Origin: Nanobdellota archaeon
Lineage (GTDB): Archaea > Nanobdellota > Nanobdellia > Pacearchaeales > GW2011-AR1
Direction of reading: 5' to 3'
NCBI GenBank assembly: GCA_038045185.1
Contig: JBBSYO010000007.1
Span: 18 to 64,017, forward strand
DNA: 64,000 nt
Part shown: positions 50,878 to 60,266 of the stretch, in pieces
Layout of the letters: the number at the start of each line of letters is the position of its first letter
How positions within the stretch are numbered: the first letter of the stretch is position 1
Position numbers and translations under genes: made by a program
Notes under the pieces: model-generated
Database searches by the model: none
Seen by the model: the letters and a program-made list of their open reading frames with translations, nothing else
Told to the model about the DNA's origin: nothing

Positions 50878-51692
50878 TTCAATGCCCCCATGACTTTCTT
50901 GTGCAGTTCTTCATATTTCTTCGGGAAAACATCCATCATATGATTTATTTCATCTGCGGTAAATGTGGTTTCCCATCCCTTCTGGCACGAATTGAGCATC
51001 AGTGTGCCATTCCAGTGCGAGCCGCCAAACGTAACTTTTGTATCACATGCTTCCTGCTCTTCACGTGTAGGATGCAGAAGAATGCTGTTGCCCAGCTTGT
51101 AGAACGTCAGTGAAAGCGGCAGAGTTTCTTTGGAAATCGGCAGCTTCTCTTTCGTTTTGACCCCGTAGTCAATAACGCCGGATTCATCAAGTTCGGGCAT
51201 CGTCGCATTCTTCAATGCAGCAACTGCTGCAATGCCGGCAGCGTCCAAGAGTGAACCATCATCATTGATAGGATAAACATCAATGAAAACTGTCCAGACT
51301 TTTTCTCCTTCTTTGATGCATAGCTTCTTGAAATCAATCATGCCAGACTCGCGAATCATTCTGTCAACTAATCGTGGAATTTCAATTCCATCAAATCCAG
51401 GCGGACCCAGTTCAAATCTCGGCGAAGCAAGAGGCAGCAAGTCTCCAGAGACAATAAGGCTTCCTTTATCCTGCGAGTCAGGATACGGTTCACTAATTGC
51501 CATCTTAACTCCCGCGATGACTTCAGTCTTGCCCAGTTTCACGCGTGCGCTTCCTTCAGCTTTGTTTGATACACCATATTCAATCTCAACGCTGTTCAAG
51601 TCAAGCAACTTGCGCCCGTCATAACGCTTATCTTCGCTGAATGCTCTCTTGAAGAACTGTTTAGTCACATTTGTCATTTCCATAGCGCTCAT
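50874..51692 (-). CDS. rrp42: Exosome complex component Rrp42 (RNase PH-like, inactive subunit)
   Basis: 272 aa with an RNase PH fold pattern ([39 protein letters not shown]). It overlaps rrp41 by 4 nt. Confidence 0.85.
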   Translation of the reverse strand: MSAMEMTNVTKQFFKRAFSEDKRYDGRKLLDLNSVEIEYGVSNKAEGSARVKLGKTEVIAGVKMAISEPYPDSQDKGSLIVSGDLLPLASPRFELGPPGFDGIEIPRLVDRMIRESGMIDFKKLCIKEGEKVWTVFIDVYPINDDGSLLDAAGIAAVAALKNATMPELDESGVIDYGVKTKEKLPISKETLPLSLTFYKLGNSILLHPTREEQEACDTKVTFGGSHWNGTLMLNSCQKGWETTFTADEINHMMDVFPKKYEELHKKVMGALK

Positions 51693-52390
51693 GTAGATAT
51701 GGCTCCTTTCAGCGCTTTTTGCTGAACTGCATAAATCTCATTGCATGCTTTTTGCCCCATAGCAATAGCTTTCTTCACCAACTCGGGCTGAATTTTACCA
51801 TCCAATTGCAGCAATGTGAATTCATTGCGGTTAGCAATCTTTGCCATCGGAAAGTCAGTAGGTCCTTCACCCTCATGGAAATCTTCTTCATCCTTGTCAA
51901 CATCAACCACAAGCTCTTTGTCTAATTTACCTATTGAAACCGCAGAAACAAGATCGCGCATCGGTATGCCTGCGTGCGCAAGCGCCATTGCTGCAGCATT
52001 AATGGCTGCAACACGTGTGCTCGCGTCAGCTTGCGGAATATATACCTGCACATCAATAACAGTGTTTGGAAATTCTTTCAGCTCAAGTACTGGAAGCAAA
52101 GCCCACTCAATAACTTTTGATATTTCTTGGCTGCGACGCGATGGTCCGGGCTTTTTTCTGTCAGAAACTGAAAAGCTAAGCAAATCGTAAGTAACGCGTA
52201 AAATGCCTGTGCTTGGGTTCTGCATGTGCTGCGGATGTAGTTGTCTTGGCCCATAGACCGCCGCAATCGCAATAGTCTTGCCAAAACTAAACATCGCGCT
52301 TCCGTCGGCATTCGGAATAACGCCAACTTTTGCAGTCATCTCGCGCATCTCATCTGCCTTTCGCCCGCTCGCTCGTTTCATTGTCGCCAC
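51689..52390 (-). CDS. rrp41: Exosome complex exonuclease Rrp41 (RNase PH)
   Basis: 233 aa. RKADEMREMTAKVGVIPNADGSAMFSFGKTIAIAAVYGP...GPSRRSQEISK matches the RNase PH active-subunit pattern. Confidence 0.9.
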   Translation of the reverse strand: MATMKRASGRKADEMREMTAKVGVIPNADGSAMFSFGKTIAIAAVYGPRQLHPQHMQNPSTGILRVTYDLLSFSVSDRKKPGPSRRSQEISKVIEWALLPVLELKEFPNTVIDVQVYIPQADASTRVAAINAAAMALAHAGIPMRDLVSAVSIGKLDKELVVDVDKDEEDFHEGEGPTDFPMAKIANRNEFTLLQLDGKIQPELVKKAIAMGQKACNEIYAVQQKALKGAIST

Positions 52391-52414
52391 CCTATGTATT
52401 GTCTCATTACCATC

Positions 52415-52948
52415 TTAAGATTCCAACCGTAGTCCTGCCTTCAGAAGCAAATCTTTTCTTTCCCGATAGCCACTATCTAAAGAAGTGTAGCGCTTACCGA
52501 ATTGAATTTCCCTGCCACCAGTTTGCCGTCTATACATTTTTTCCATTTCTTCTATCTCTCTGTCTGTAAAGTTAAGTTGATTAAATTTATCTCCAAATCT
52601 TATTGCTCCGAATGGAAATGCAACAGGAACTACAAGTCGTGAAGGCAGTGAAAAATCATTGATGCAACAGCCATTTCTTAAATACGGTTGCGTATCCCCC
52701 GTATCTCCTTGGGATGTATTCTGTTGAGCAACCCACGCAACAAATCTTAAAATTTCGCTACCGTCAACAGGCACTGCCTCTACAAAAGCATACAAATCAG
52801 GAACCGCCGTTATTGCGCAAGGAACAACTTGCACAACTTCCCCTCTTCTAAGTGGGTAACTTTCTCTTGTCTCAGTTATAAGCCGCAGATTTACAGTATC
52901 TCTTCCCGTTACCCTACGTTCGTCTGGTCGTTTCATGGTTGTTTTCAT
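52415..52948 (-). CDS. Hypothetical 177-aa protein wedged between rrp4 and rrp41
   Basis: The ATG is 1 nt after the rrp4 stop, and the gene ends 24 nt before the rrp41 start. No motif was recognised. Confidence 0.45.
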   Translation of the reverse strand: MKTTMKRPDERRVTGRDTVNLRLITETRESYPLRRGEVVQVVPCAITAVPDLYAFVEAVPVDGSEILRFVAWVAQQNTSQGDTGDTQPYLRNGCCINDFSLPSRLVVPVAFPFGAIRFGDKFNQLNFTDREIEEMEKMYRRQTGGREIQFGKRYTSLDSGYRERKDLLLKAGLRLES

Positions 52949-52949
52949 C

Positions 52950-53669
52950 TTAATTCTTCTGGAACCACTCCTCCATATGATCGGTCAATCCGGAAGTATG
53001 AACATTGTCAGCAATATACTCAATAGCCCTGCGCGCGCGGAAAACCGATTCCACCGAAGGTCCATGCACCCAAATCCATCCATTCTGCCCCGCGGTTACT
53101 GAACAGCTTGTGTGTTCTTTGATAAGCATAATCATGCTGCCTTCGCGCCCGATAACTCTCGGAATGCGCGTGGCACTAATGCGGAACATATAGCCCCCTT
53201 CAAGCTTGCCCAAGCCCTTGCCATCCATCATCAAATCAATGCCTCTGCCCTTGATGCTCCATATCTTGGCTGCAATTACATCACCAATAGCCAGAAACTG
53301 ATCCATCTCATTTTGATTAATAAATCGCGGCGATTCAGCGATAGGCAAAAACGCACTTCCAGCAGAATCAATATCAATCATCCATCCATTGAACGAAATA
53401 TCCCTCACGCGCCCCAAAACAGTATTATTGCGTCGCGGAACATACGCTCCAGAAACAGGAATAACTTTCACCACATGGCCAATAACTTCAGCCATTCCAA
53501 ATCGTGTCGCTACAACATTCTCTCCATCGCGTCGAACGCCTTCTCCAGGCAGATAATCCTCTCCCGTAACAACAGTTTCTCCAGGCACAACAGCTCTTCG
53601 CCTGCTAGGTGCTTCTTCAGGTTCAGGTGCAGCAGTTTCCTGCGATGTCTCGGTAGTAGCTCGTTTCAT
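52950..53669 (-). CDS. rrp4: Exosome RNA-binding subunit Rrp4 (S1 + KH)
   Basis: ATG at 53669 (the track start is TTG). VVPGETVV...GAYVPRRNNTVLGRVRDISFNGWMIDI is the S1 region and IPRVIGREGSMIMLIKEHTSC is the KH region. Confidence 0.8.
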   Translation of the reverse strand: MKRATTETSQETAAPEPEEAPSRRRAVVPGETVVTGEDYLPGEGVRRDGENVVATRFGMAEVIGHVVKVIPVSGAYVPRRNNTVLGRVRDISFNGWMIDIDSAGSAFLPIAESPRFINQNEMDQFLAIGDVIAAKIWSIKGRGIDLMMDGKGLGKLEGGYMFRISATRIPRVIGREGSMIMLIKEHTSCSVTAGQNGWIWVHGPSVESVFRARRAIEYIADNVHTSGLTDHMEEWFQKN

Positions 53670-53758
53670 AACATTCGAGACAGAATAATCAAATGATTTT
53701 CTGTATAACGACAAGCATCCGTGTAATTGGCGCTTTTTAAAGATTTCGGATGATATTG

Positions 53759-54193
53759 TTAAACGAGGCTTAATGTAAACTGATTCATGTAGCCTATATA
53801 GATTAAAATTCCATGTTTAAGTAAGTCTCTTCCGATTAAACCACTAATCTCCTGCCCATCTAATGGTGCGCCTATAAACGGTCCTTGGTAGGTTAATCCA
53901 TAAGCAGGTATCACTATTCTCATAAAATATTGATAACATTCGTGGTCTTCACTCGAAGGAGTATTTATTTTTATTACGCCAGTAGGTTCCAACTTTAATT
54001 GTTCAGGTATTTCTTTCTTAACAACGCATGCAGAAGCACCTGTATCAATTAACGCTTTCACAATTACCGGTCCAGGGATATCTTTTCCTTCCTGTCGATA
54101 TTTATTTTCTAATTCAAGCGGGATAAGGAAATGAATGTCCAAGATAGGCCCCTCCTTTTCTAAGTTTTGAGAACTAATAGTTACTGAAGGCAT
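53759..54193 (-). CDS. Retropepsin-like (clan AA) aspartic protease
   Basis: 144 aa with the ALIDTGASACVV active-site motif (DTGA) and GLIGRDLL flap/dimer motif. Confidence 0.7.
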   Translation of the reverse strand: MPSVTISSQNLEKEGPILDIHFLIPLELENKYRQEGKDIPGPVIVKALIDTGASACVVKKEIPEQLKLEPTGVIKINTPSSEDHECYQYFMRIVIPAYGLTYQGPFIGAPLDGQEISGLIGRDLLKHGILIYIGYMNQFTLSLV

Positions 54194-54441
54194 GGTGGAA
54201 CTATTTTTATTAAATTAGAAGTAAAATTTCCTGTTGGTTCCACTTCTAATATTTGCTTAACTAAAAATGGCGTATTCCCGAATTTATCAATCCCTACTTT
54301 TATGGCGTCGTCATATGTATCATACACTGCTATTATTTTCTCGTCTTTAATTAAAACAAATTTTCCTCTATCGGACTTTAACAAGTTTGCTTTATTATCT
54401 TCATAAGTCTTTAATTCATCTTTTAAAACATTTTTTTCCAT
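54181..54441 (-). CDS. Small partner protein of the retropepsin-like gene
   Basis: 86 aa. It overlaps the protease start by 13 nt. The core is GKFVLIKDEKIIAVYDTYDDAIKVGIDKFGNTPFLVKQI. Confidence 0.45.
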   Translation of the reverse strand: MEKNVLKDELKTYEDNKANLLKSDRGKFVLIKDEKIIAVYDTYDDAIKVGIDKFGNTPFLVKQILEVEPTGNFTSNLIKIVPPCLQ

Positions 54442-54478
54442 TTATTATAATATCACTCCACGTATTTATACTTAATCA

Positions 54479-54572
54479 TTATAGTCAAGGACGCTGATAT
54501 TTTACTAGTTTGCGTCTTGACTATCAAGGGAAAGACATACTATTTTGGTAAATTATTTATGTCTTTCACTAC
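54479..54572. repeat. ~92-nt two-hairpin repeat, copy B
   Basis: TAGTCAAGGACGC...GCGTCTTGACTA followed by GAAAGACATA...TATGTCTTTC. It is roughly 85 percent identical by eye to 47917-48008, with compensatory stem changes. Confidence 0.8.
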
Positions 54573-54612
54573 AAGTTAAAAACCCGTTTAAAAATATTCC
54601 CTTAATCCAAAT

Positions 54613-55287
54613 CTATTTCTCCCCCAAGTCTTCACTCACCACAGCACCATGTGTGATGTTATTGAGCTTTTCATAGAAGTCAAGCTGCATGCCGGCAGGA
54701 ACGTTCATAATAGCCTGCAAATCTCCGTTGGAAAGCCATTCCTCACTTTCCTTGTAATCTTTCAGCAGACCATACACCTGTCCGGAGAACCGCGCAGGAA
54801 TGATTATCTTAATGCGTTTCGTCTCAACACGTATAGGTATAACCATCTTAAGCTTCTCAAGCAATTCAGGCATCTGCCTTTCTGCAGGGCTGTTGTCAAA
54901 ATTAAAATGCACTTCCTGAATCGCTCTCTTCAGTCTGTCCTCTGTATAAGGTCGCCCGTGTTGGTCAACAGCGTTGCGTATAAGCAATGTAATGACCTGC
55001 TTAATTTTATTTTCCCTCTCGGCGTCGCGGAACTCCTGCGGCTTCTGCAATTCACCTCTCTGAATAATAATCTTTGCAATAGCGTGCGTGTCTGCCGTGC
55101 CAAACGCTTCCATTAAATCTTTCTGCGACGCAAGGCTTCCCTCTTTTGCATTATAAAATATATTCGACGAGTTTAAAGCCCGGGTAATGTCTCCCTCTTT
55201 TCTTTGCACCTTCATCGCCTCGTCAAAATCCACCGAGACCTCAAATGTTTTGCTCTTAACCTTAAGTTTTGCATTAACAATGACCAT
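54613..55287 (-). CDS. SBDS/Sdo1 ribosome maturation protein
   Basis: 224 aa. KTFEVSVDFDEAMKVQRKEGDITRALNSSNIFYNAKEGSLASQKDLMEAFGT is the SBDS N-domain pattern. Confidence 0.85.
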   Translation of the reverse strand: MVIVNAKLKVKSKTFEVSVDFDEAMKVQRKEGDITRALNSSNIFYNAKEGSLASQKDLMEAFGTADTHAIAKIIIQRGELQKPQEFRDAERENKIKQVITLLIRNAVDQHGRPYTEDRLKRAIQEVHFNFDNSPAERQMPELLEKLKMVIPIRVETKRIKIIIPARFSGQVYGLLKDYKESEEWLSNGDLQAIMNVPAGMQLDFYEKLNNITHGAVVSEDLGEK

Positions 55288-55309
55288 AGAATCTGAAAAA
55301 GACCTTTCT

Positions 55310-55639
55310 TTATAAAACTTCTCGTGTCGCGCCCTCTCTTCTAAAATTAACGCGGTAATTCCATTCCCCTATAATCACTCTCGCAGAATTGGGCGCGGCT
55401 TCAGAGATATATGCTCTAATAGGGCCTTCCTCAGGTTGACACTGGCGAATTAAATACACGCCCTTAATATCTTCGTCCACTGGTTTAACTGACACAACAT
55501 CCGAGCTAGGAATAAAACCTACACTAAAATTGCCCGAATGCGGCTGAATTTCAACGCTCTCTTCAAACCTGTCAATAGCAGACATCAGCTTTTCAAGCTC
55601 GCCCTTATCTCTTACAGAATAAATCGCGTTAAGCTTCAT
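55310..55639 (-). CDS. Hypothetical 109-aa protein between psmA and SBDS
   Basis: ORF in the conserved superoperon. No motif was recognised. Confidence 0.4.
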   Translation of the reverse strand: MKLNAIYSVRDKGELEKLMSAIDRFEESVEIQPHSGNFSVGFIPSSDVVSVKPVDEDIKGVYLIRQCQPEEGPIRAYISEAAPNSARVIIGEWNYRVNFRREGATREVL

Positions 55640-55692
55640 AATTAAAAATATTGTGCCCCATATTTAAATAAACTTATAGTCTAAAACAAGTA

Positions 55693-56418
55693 TTACTTCG
55701 CGTATTTCTTCAGTGCATCTCCGTGCAGACGCACGAGTTTGCCTGTCGCTTTCGGAACATAAACCACATCAAAACGCTCAACTTCAAAGTTCTTAGTAAG
55801 CAGCTTCTTGAAGATGCTCAATCCAAACTTAATGCATTCATCAATGCTAATGTCGTCCTTGAATTCGCTGCGCAGTATCTCCTTGATTTGCTCGTCATTC
55901 TCGCCGATTGCATTCGCACGATAAGAAAAAAAGTTACCAGTCACATCAGACGTATAAAGATGCGACTTGTTCTTGTTAACTCCCGCAAGCATCACAGAAA
56001 CTCCGAAAGGTCTTGAGCCGCCATATTGCGTGAACATTTGCTTCTTGTCCGCAATCATGCGTATCACGCTCAGAGGTTCAATAGGCGAGCCATAAGTAAC
56101 TCTATGCTGCTGCGCAACAACCTGCGCTTCATCAATAAGCATGCGCGCGTCAGAAAGGATGCCTGCCGCAGTCGCAACAACGTGTTCATCAACTTCAAAA
56201 ATCTTGTTCGCAGATTCAGGGGCGATAAGCTTGTCACGGATTCGTCTGTCAGAAACAATAACGATGCCCTCTTTGCACACAAAGCCAATGCTCGTGCTTC
56301 CTAATCGGACAGTTTTCTCTGCATATTCTACCTGGAGCAAATGACCGTCCGGAGAAAACATCGTCGCTGCTCGGTCATAGCCCATGGCTTGATGCTGCAT
56401 TTCAGTTGGGATTTCCAT
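55693..56418 (-). CDS. psmA: Proteasome subunit alpha
   Basis: YDRAATMFSPDGHLLQVEYA signature, 241 aa. Confidence 0.95.
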   Translation of the reverse strand: MEIPTEMQHQAMGYDRAATMFSPDGHLLQVEYAEKTVRLGSTSIGFVCKEGIVIVSDRRIRDKLIAPESANKIFEVDEHVVATAAGILSDARMLIDEAQVVAQQHRVTYGSPIEPLSVIRMIADKKQMFTQYGGSRPFGVSVMLAGVNKNKSHLYTSDVTGNFFSYRANAIGENDEQIKEILRSEFKDDISIDECIKFGLSIFKKLLTKNFEVERFDVVYVPKATGKLVRLHGDALKKYAK

Positions 56419-56509
56419 AAAAACCTCTTGGTTGTTGATATCGTTTGCAAAGGTGGATATTTAAGTCTTGCGCCCAAAAGCTCTTAAAGGAAAAACAATT
56501 CAGGTAATA

Positions 56510-58690
56510 ATGTTCAAAAGAGGGCTCAGTGTAATTGTTACTGGGGTGCTCATCATTCTATTAAGCCTTGTAGCAATAGGCATTCTCGCGATTATGGTGC
56601 GCGACACAACCAGCGGGCTAAAAAACGCTGGCACGGACCAATACACTTTGCAGTTCGATATTCCATTAGACTCTGTGTTCGTAAATCACACGAGCAAGAA
56701 TGTATTCTTTACTATTAAGCGCAAGACAGGCGGAGGCGACCTGCAGGGATTTTTTATTGTGCTCGATAATAATTTTGGCACGAACCAGAAAAATCAAAGC
56801 TATGAGAACACAGCAATAAGAGAATTAGAAACGCTCGCAGTTCGATTTACTCATAGTTTAGCAGGCAACGTCACCAAGATTACAGTAGCGCCCCTCATAC
56901 GCACAGCAGGCGGCACGCAACTCGGCACACCAATTAGGGAAATTCTGATTGACAGTTATGGTACTGCTGGCTTCGGCGACAGAATTCCAAGCGGTGGCAA
57001 TTTCAGTGAGGGAAATAGTTCAGCTTCCAAATGTGGTAACGACATCGACGACGACCTCGACGGGCTGGAAGATTATCCTATTGACCCGGGATGCCAAAAC
57101 AGCACAGACGAAAGCGAAGCGAACGGTCAAAACATCCGCAATGAAACATTATTTGTATATACGTGGAACCTTCAAAACAATTCGCTTTCAAACCTCATAG
57201 CATTTCCTATGTTCGGAACAGAATCTCTCCTTACAACAGGTCCATATGGTAGTGGCTACCGCACTCTTGATGTTGGCTATATGAAAAGGGCAATACAAGA
57301 ACAAAAAGCCCGCGGCGGAAAAGCAGTAATTATGGACTGGAATCTCTGGGGCGGAGGAGGAAATGTTTTTACCAACAACTCAAAACCCCCCTTCTTTAAT
57401 CATCCACTCGACAGATGTAGATATCCAAACAACACATTTACACAATTTCCATGTATGTGGCAGGGCAACGGCACTGCAGATACAGCCGCGAATTATACTG
57501 CCTATTTCACAAACTTAAAGAGAGAATTAGATAATGAGGGCATACAAACTGTTGATTTTCTTATTTTAGACATAGAACCTTTCTTTGGTTGGTGGAACAT
57601 TAGAAACTGGCCCTGTGCAGGAGAGCCTAACTGTCCGAATCCAGAACCGTCAGGGTTAGGATATCAATTCTTCCAAGTCTTGCAAAACGAGCCGCGCAAC
57701 AATTCACTCTTCGATGAAATAGATAATCTGAATAATATGACGCGGCTCTACGAGCAAAGGATGCCAGACATCTGGATATTCGGCGCGCGCATGCTTGAGC
57801 GCAACGCGCTCCAGCTTAACAAGTCAATTTATGACACAGTGACGAGCATTTACCCTAACATAGACGTGTCTAATTATGCTTATGATTACAACAAACTTAT
57901 TTCGCGGCGGTGGGGGCACAGGGACCGAGAGTATTTGGACGGGCAGGCGCACGTAGGAACTCATCAGGCGCCTTCTCTTTACGCAAGCAATTTTCAAAAC
58001 ATCTGCCTTAATCAAGCAACAGACACAATTGAACAATGTAATTGGCCCAACAGCAGCGCCTATAGCGATACACCATTCAACGCATTCAAGTACGATATAA
58101 ATGAACTTCGTTCAGCTAAAATAATCGCTCCAAATGTCCAATTCTCGCCGTGGATTTCGCACAAAACATTTGAAGGCAGCTTGATTCGCGAGTCAGACTT
58201 ATACCAAGAGCATCTCATGCACATAGCACTTACAAAACCCGAATATATTATAGGGTGGAATCCGCACCCATGGAGTTCAAGCCAAAATGAAACAGTCAGG
58301 GCAACCATGGCATCAAACACAACTGATTATCTCTTAGACGCAACCATGAAAGAAATTGAAAAGCTCGTCTGGTTTGAAGGCCGCCAAACGCTCGTAACAG
58401 AACTCGGACTCGCAAGTTGGAAGGCAGACTTTGTGCTGACAGGCATGTCTTCGGCAGGAAGAAAAGTCTGGAGATTTACGCCAAATCTTGATTTAACAAA
58501 CGGTACAGGCATAGAGTCCACAATCGTATCTGAAAATCAGGGTGTCGTTGTGCAAACAGCTAATTATAAAATCACCTTCGAAGATGGTGCCGCGATTCAC
58601 CGCCCTACAAATCCTGTTTCAACACAGGGACTATGGATTGTCCAGAATGCAAGTGCCCGCAATCCTGCGATTACACAACGCCGCTCCTAA
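56510..58690 (+). CDS. Large secreted protein with class III-like signal peptide, unknown function
   Basis: ATG at 56510 (the track start is TTG). The N-terminus is MFKRGLSVIVTGVLIILLSLVAIGILAIMV. The extracellular part is about 700 aa with many NxT/S sequons. Confidence 0.55.
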   Translation: MFKRGLSVIVTGVLIILLSLVAIGILAIMVRDTTSGLKNAGTDQYTLQFDIPLDSVFVNHTSKNVFFTIKRKTGGGDLQGFFIVLDNNFGTNQKNQSYENTAIRELETLAVRFTHSLAGNVTKITVAPLIRTAGGTQLGTPIREILIDSYGTAGFGDRIPSGGNFSEGNSSASKCGNDIDDDLDGLEDYPIDPGCQNSTDESEANGQNIRNETLFVYTWNLQNNSLSNLIAFPMFGTESLLTTGPYGSGYRTLDVGYMKRAIQEQKARGGKAVIMDWNLWGGGGNVFTNNSKPPFFNHPLDRCRYPNNTFTQFPCMWQGNGTADTAANYTAYFTNLKRELDNEGIQTVDFLILDIEPFFGWWNIRNWPCAGEPNCPNPEPSGLGYQFFQVLQNEPRNNSLFDEIDNLNNMTRLYEQRMPDIWIFGARMLERNALQLNKSIYDTVTSIYPNIDVSNYAYDYNKLISRRWGHRDREYLDGQAHVGTHQAPSLYASNFQNICLNQATDTIEQCNWPNSSAYSDTPFNAFKYDINELRSAKIIAPNVQFSPWISHKTFEGSLIRESDLYQEHLMHIALTKPEYIIGWNPHPWSSSQNETVRATMASNTTDYLLDATMKEIEKLVWFEGRQTLVTELGLASWKADFVLTGMSSAGRKVWRFTPNLDLTNGTGIESTIVSENQGVVVQTANYKITFEDGAAIHRPTNPVSTQGLWIVQNASARNPAITQRRS

Positions 58691-58746
58691 AGATATAGGA
58701 TATTTCGGAATTTCGCCCAAATCTCTTTTCTTTCTTGTTTTTTATG

Positions 58747-58972
58747 TCAAGGAACTTGACTAAAACCACACCATTTATGGCGTGGTAGTTCCTTGAGCAT
58801 CCAAACCTCAAGAATTCTGACAATTGAATTCTTGATGGCATTCAAAAACTAAAAGTTTTTGATGACACGAGCGCCTTTTCAAACCGCACCCCTCAAAGAT
58901 GCAAATCTTTGATGGTCATCAAGAACTATTAGTTCTTGAGATTTTAAGGTGTGGTGGCGCATCGTGTTTTTG
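58747..58972. repeat. Hairpin array of the dispersed family
   Basis: The array runs TCAAGGAACT...AGTTCCTTGA, GCATCCAAACC, TCAAGAATTC...GAATTCTTGA, TGGCATTC, AAAAACT-AAA-AGTTTTT, GATGA. It continues with TCAAAGAT-GCAA-ATCTTTGA and TCAAGAAC-TATT-AGTTCTTGA. It shares modules with 11345-11810 in inverted orientation. Confidence 0.8.
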
Positions 58973-59062
58973 ATATTAGCAGGACTTTAAAAGCATGAGG
59001 ATAAATTAAAGTCCCGCGCCATAGTACGATAAAATTATAAACTTATAGATAATCTATTTATT

Positions 59063-59923
59063 ATGAACAAAACTTTGGAAAAGTTGAATGAGAACAAGGT
59101 AGTAATTTCTATTTTATTATCTGCTTTCATTCTGGGTTTTTTTATTTATTTTACTTTTAGTTCTTCTGATAAATTAATTACTTCAAATGTTATAAAAAAT
59201 GTCGATATTATCGAAGGGAAAAAATTAGTAACAAAGATTATTGATGGCGATACAGTTATTATCGAAGGGGGGTTTTCTATAAGGTTGCTGGGAATAGACT
59301 CTGATGAAAAAAGTTATCCGTGCTATACGTCTGCAAAGGAAAGAATAGAAGAACTTGTTTTAAATAAAGAAGTTTATTTAGAAGCAGACAAAGAAGATCA
59401 AGACCAATATAAGAGATATTTGAGGTATTTAATTCTTGATGGCGAAAACATAAATTTGAAATTAGTTAAAGAAGGGCTTGCAATTGCTCGTTTTTCTCCA
59501 GATAATATAAAATATAAAGAAGAAATAAGTAATGCGGAAAAAGAAGCAAGAGAAAATAAAATTGGTTGCAAGTGGGGAGAAACCTTTACAGCCCAACCAA
59601 CCGAACTGCCAAAAGTAGTTGGTAGTGATGCTATTAGTGCTTGTAACGCAGGGAATTATATAGGTAAGGAAAAAATTATTGCTGGCAAGGTTGCTGACAG
59701 CTATAAAAGTAAAACCAACACAGTTTTTCTAAACTTTGAAAAACCTTATCCAAACCATTGTTTTACAGCAGTTATCTTCTCATCTGATTTAATTAATTTT
59801 CCTGAAAATCCTCAAAATTACTATGGGGAAAAATTAATTAGAGTCAATGGGGTAATTAAAGAGTATCAAGGAAAACCAGAGATTATACTTGAAGATAGGT
59901 CGCAGATAGAGGTTATAACATGA
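59063..59923 (+). CDS. Membrane-anchored staphylococcal-nuclease-like (thermonuclease) protein with C-terminal OB-like domain
   Basis: 286 aa with an N-terminal TM helix. The SNase motifs are VTKIIDGDTVII...IRLLGIDSDE...YLEADKEDQDQYKRYLRYL...NLKLVKEGLA. Confidence 0.8.
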   Translation: MNKTLEKLNENKVVISILLSAFILGFFIYFTFSSSDKLITSNVIKNVDIIEGKKLVTKIIDGDTVIIEGGFSIRLLGIDSDEKSYPCYTSAKERIEELVLNKEVYLEADKEDQDQYKRYLRYLILDGENINLKLVKEGLAIARFSPDNIKYKEEISNAEKEARENKIGCKWGETFTAQPTELPKVVGSDAISACNAGNYIGKEKIIAGKVADSYKSKTNTVFLNFEKPYPNHCFTAVIFSSDLINFPENPQNYYGEKLIRVNGVIKEYQGKPEIILEDRSQIEVIT

Positions 59924-59982
59924 TAAACAAAATATTAAAATCTGGCGGAATGCATTAGAATAGCGAATTTTGCACAATTTCT

Positions 59983-60264
59983 CTATTTCTTGATGCGCAC
60001 CCCAAGCCCCTTCAGAGTTCCTGACACGCGGAGCACATCAAGGTTTTCTTTCGCAAGCGCGAGAGCTGCACGAACATGCACAAGTTCTTTTCTCTCAACT
60101 GCAAGAACGCATCTTCCGCTGTCTGCTTGAAGAAAAACAGGCGCTGCGCGCGACCATCCTAGCACTCCAAGATATTCAATGAGTGCTGCCTCGATGTGCG
60201 CGCGTGAGGCCTTCACAAGCAAATAACGTCTATTGAGCCGCGCGCTCGAAGGAATGGTTGCCAT
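59983..60264 (-). CDS. RNase P protein component Pop5 (Rnp2)
   Basis: 93 aa. RLNRRYLLVK, LGVLGWSRAAP and RVSGTLKGL match the Pop5 pattern. Confidence 0.65.
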   Translation of the reverse strand: MATIPSSARLNRRYLLVKASRAHIEAALIEYLGVLGWSRAAPVFLQADSGRCVLAVERKELVHVRAALALAKENLDVLRVSGTLKGLGVRIKK

Positions 60265-60266
60265 AT

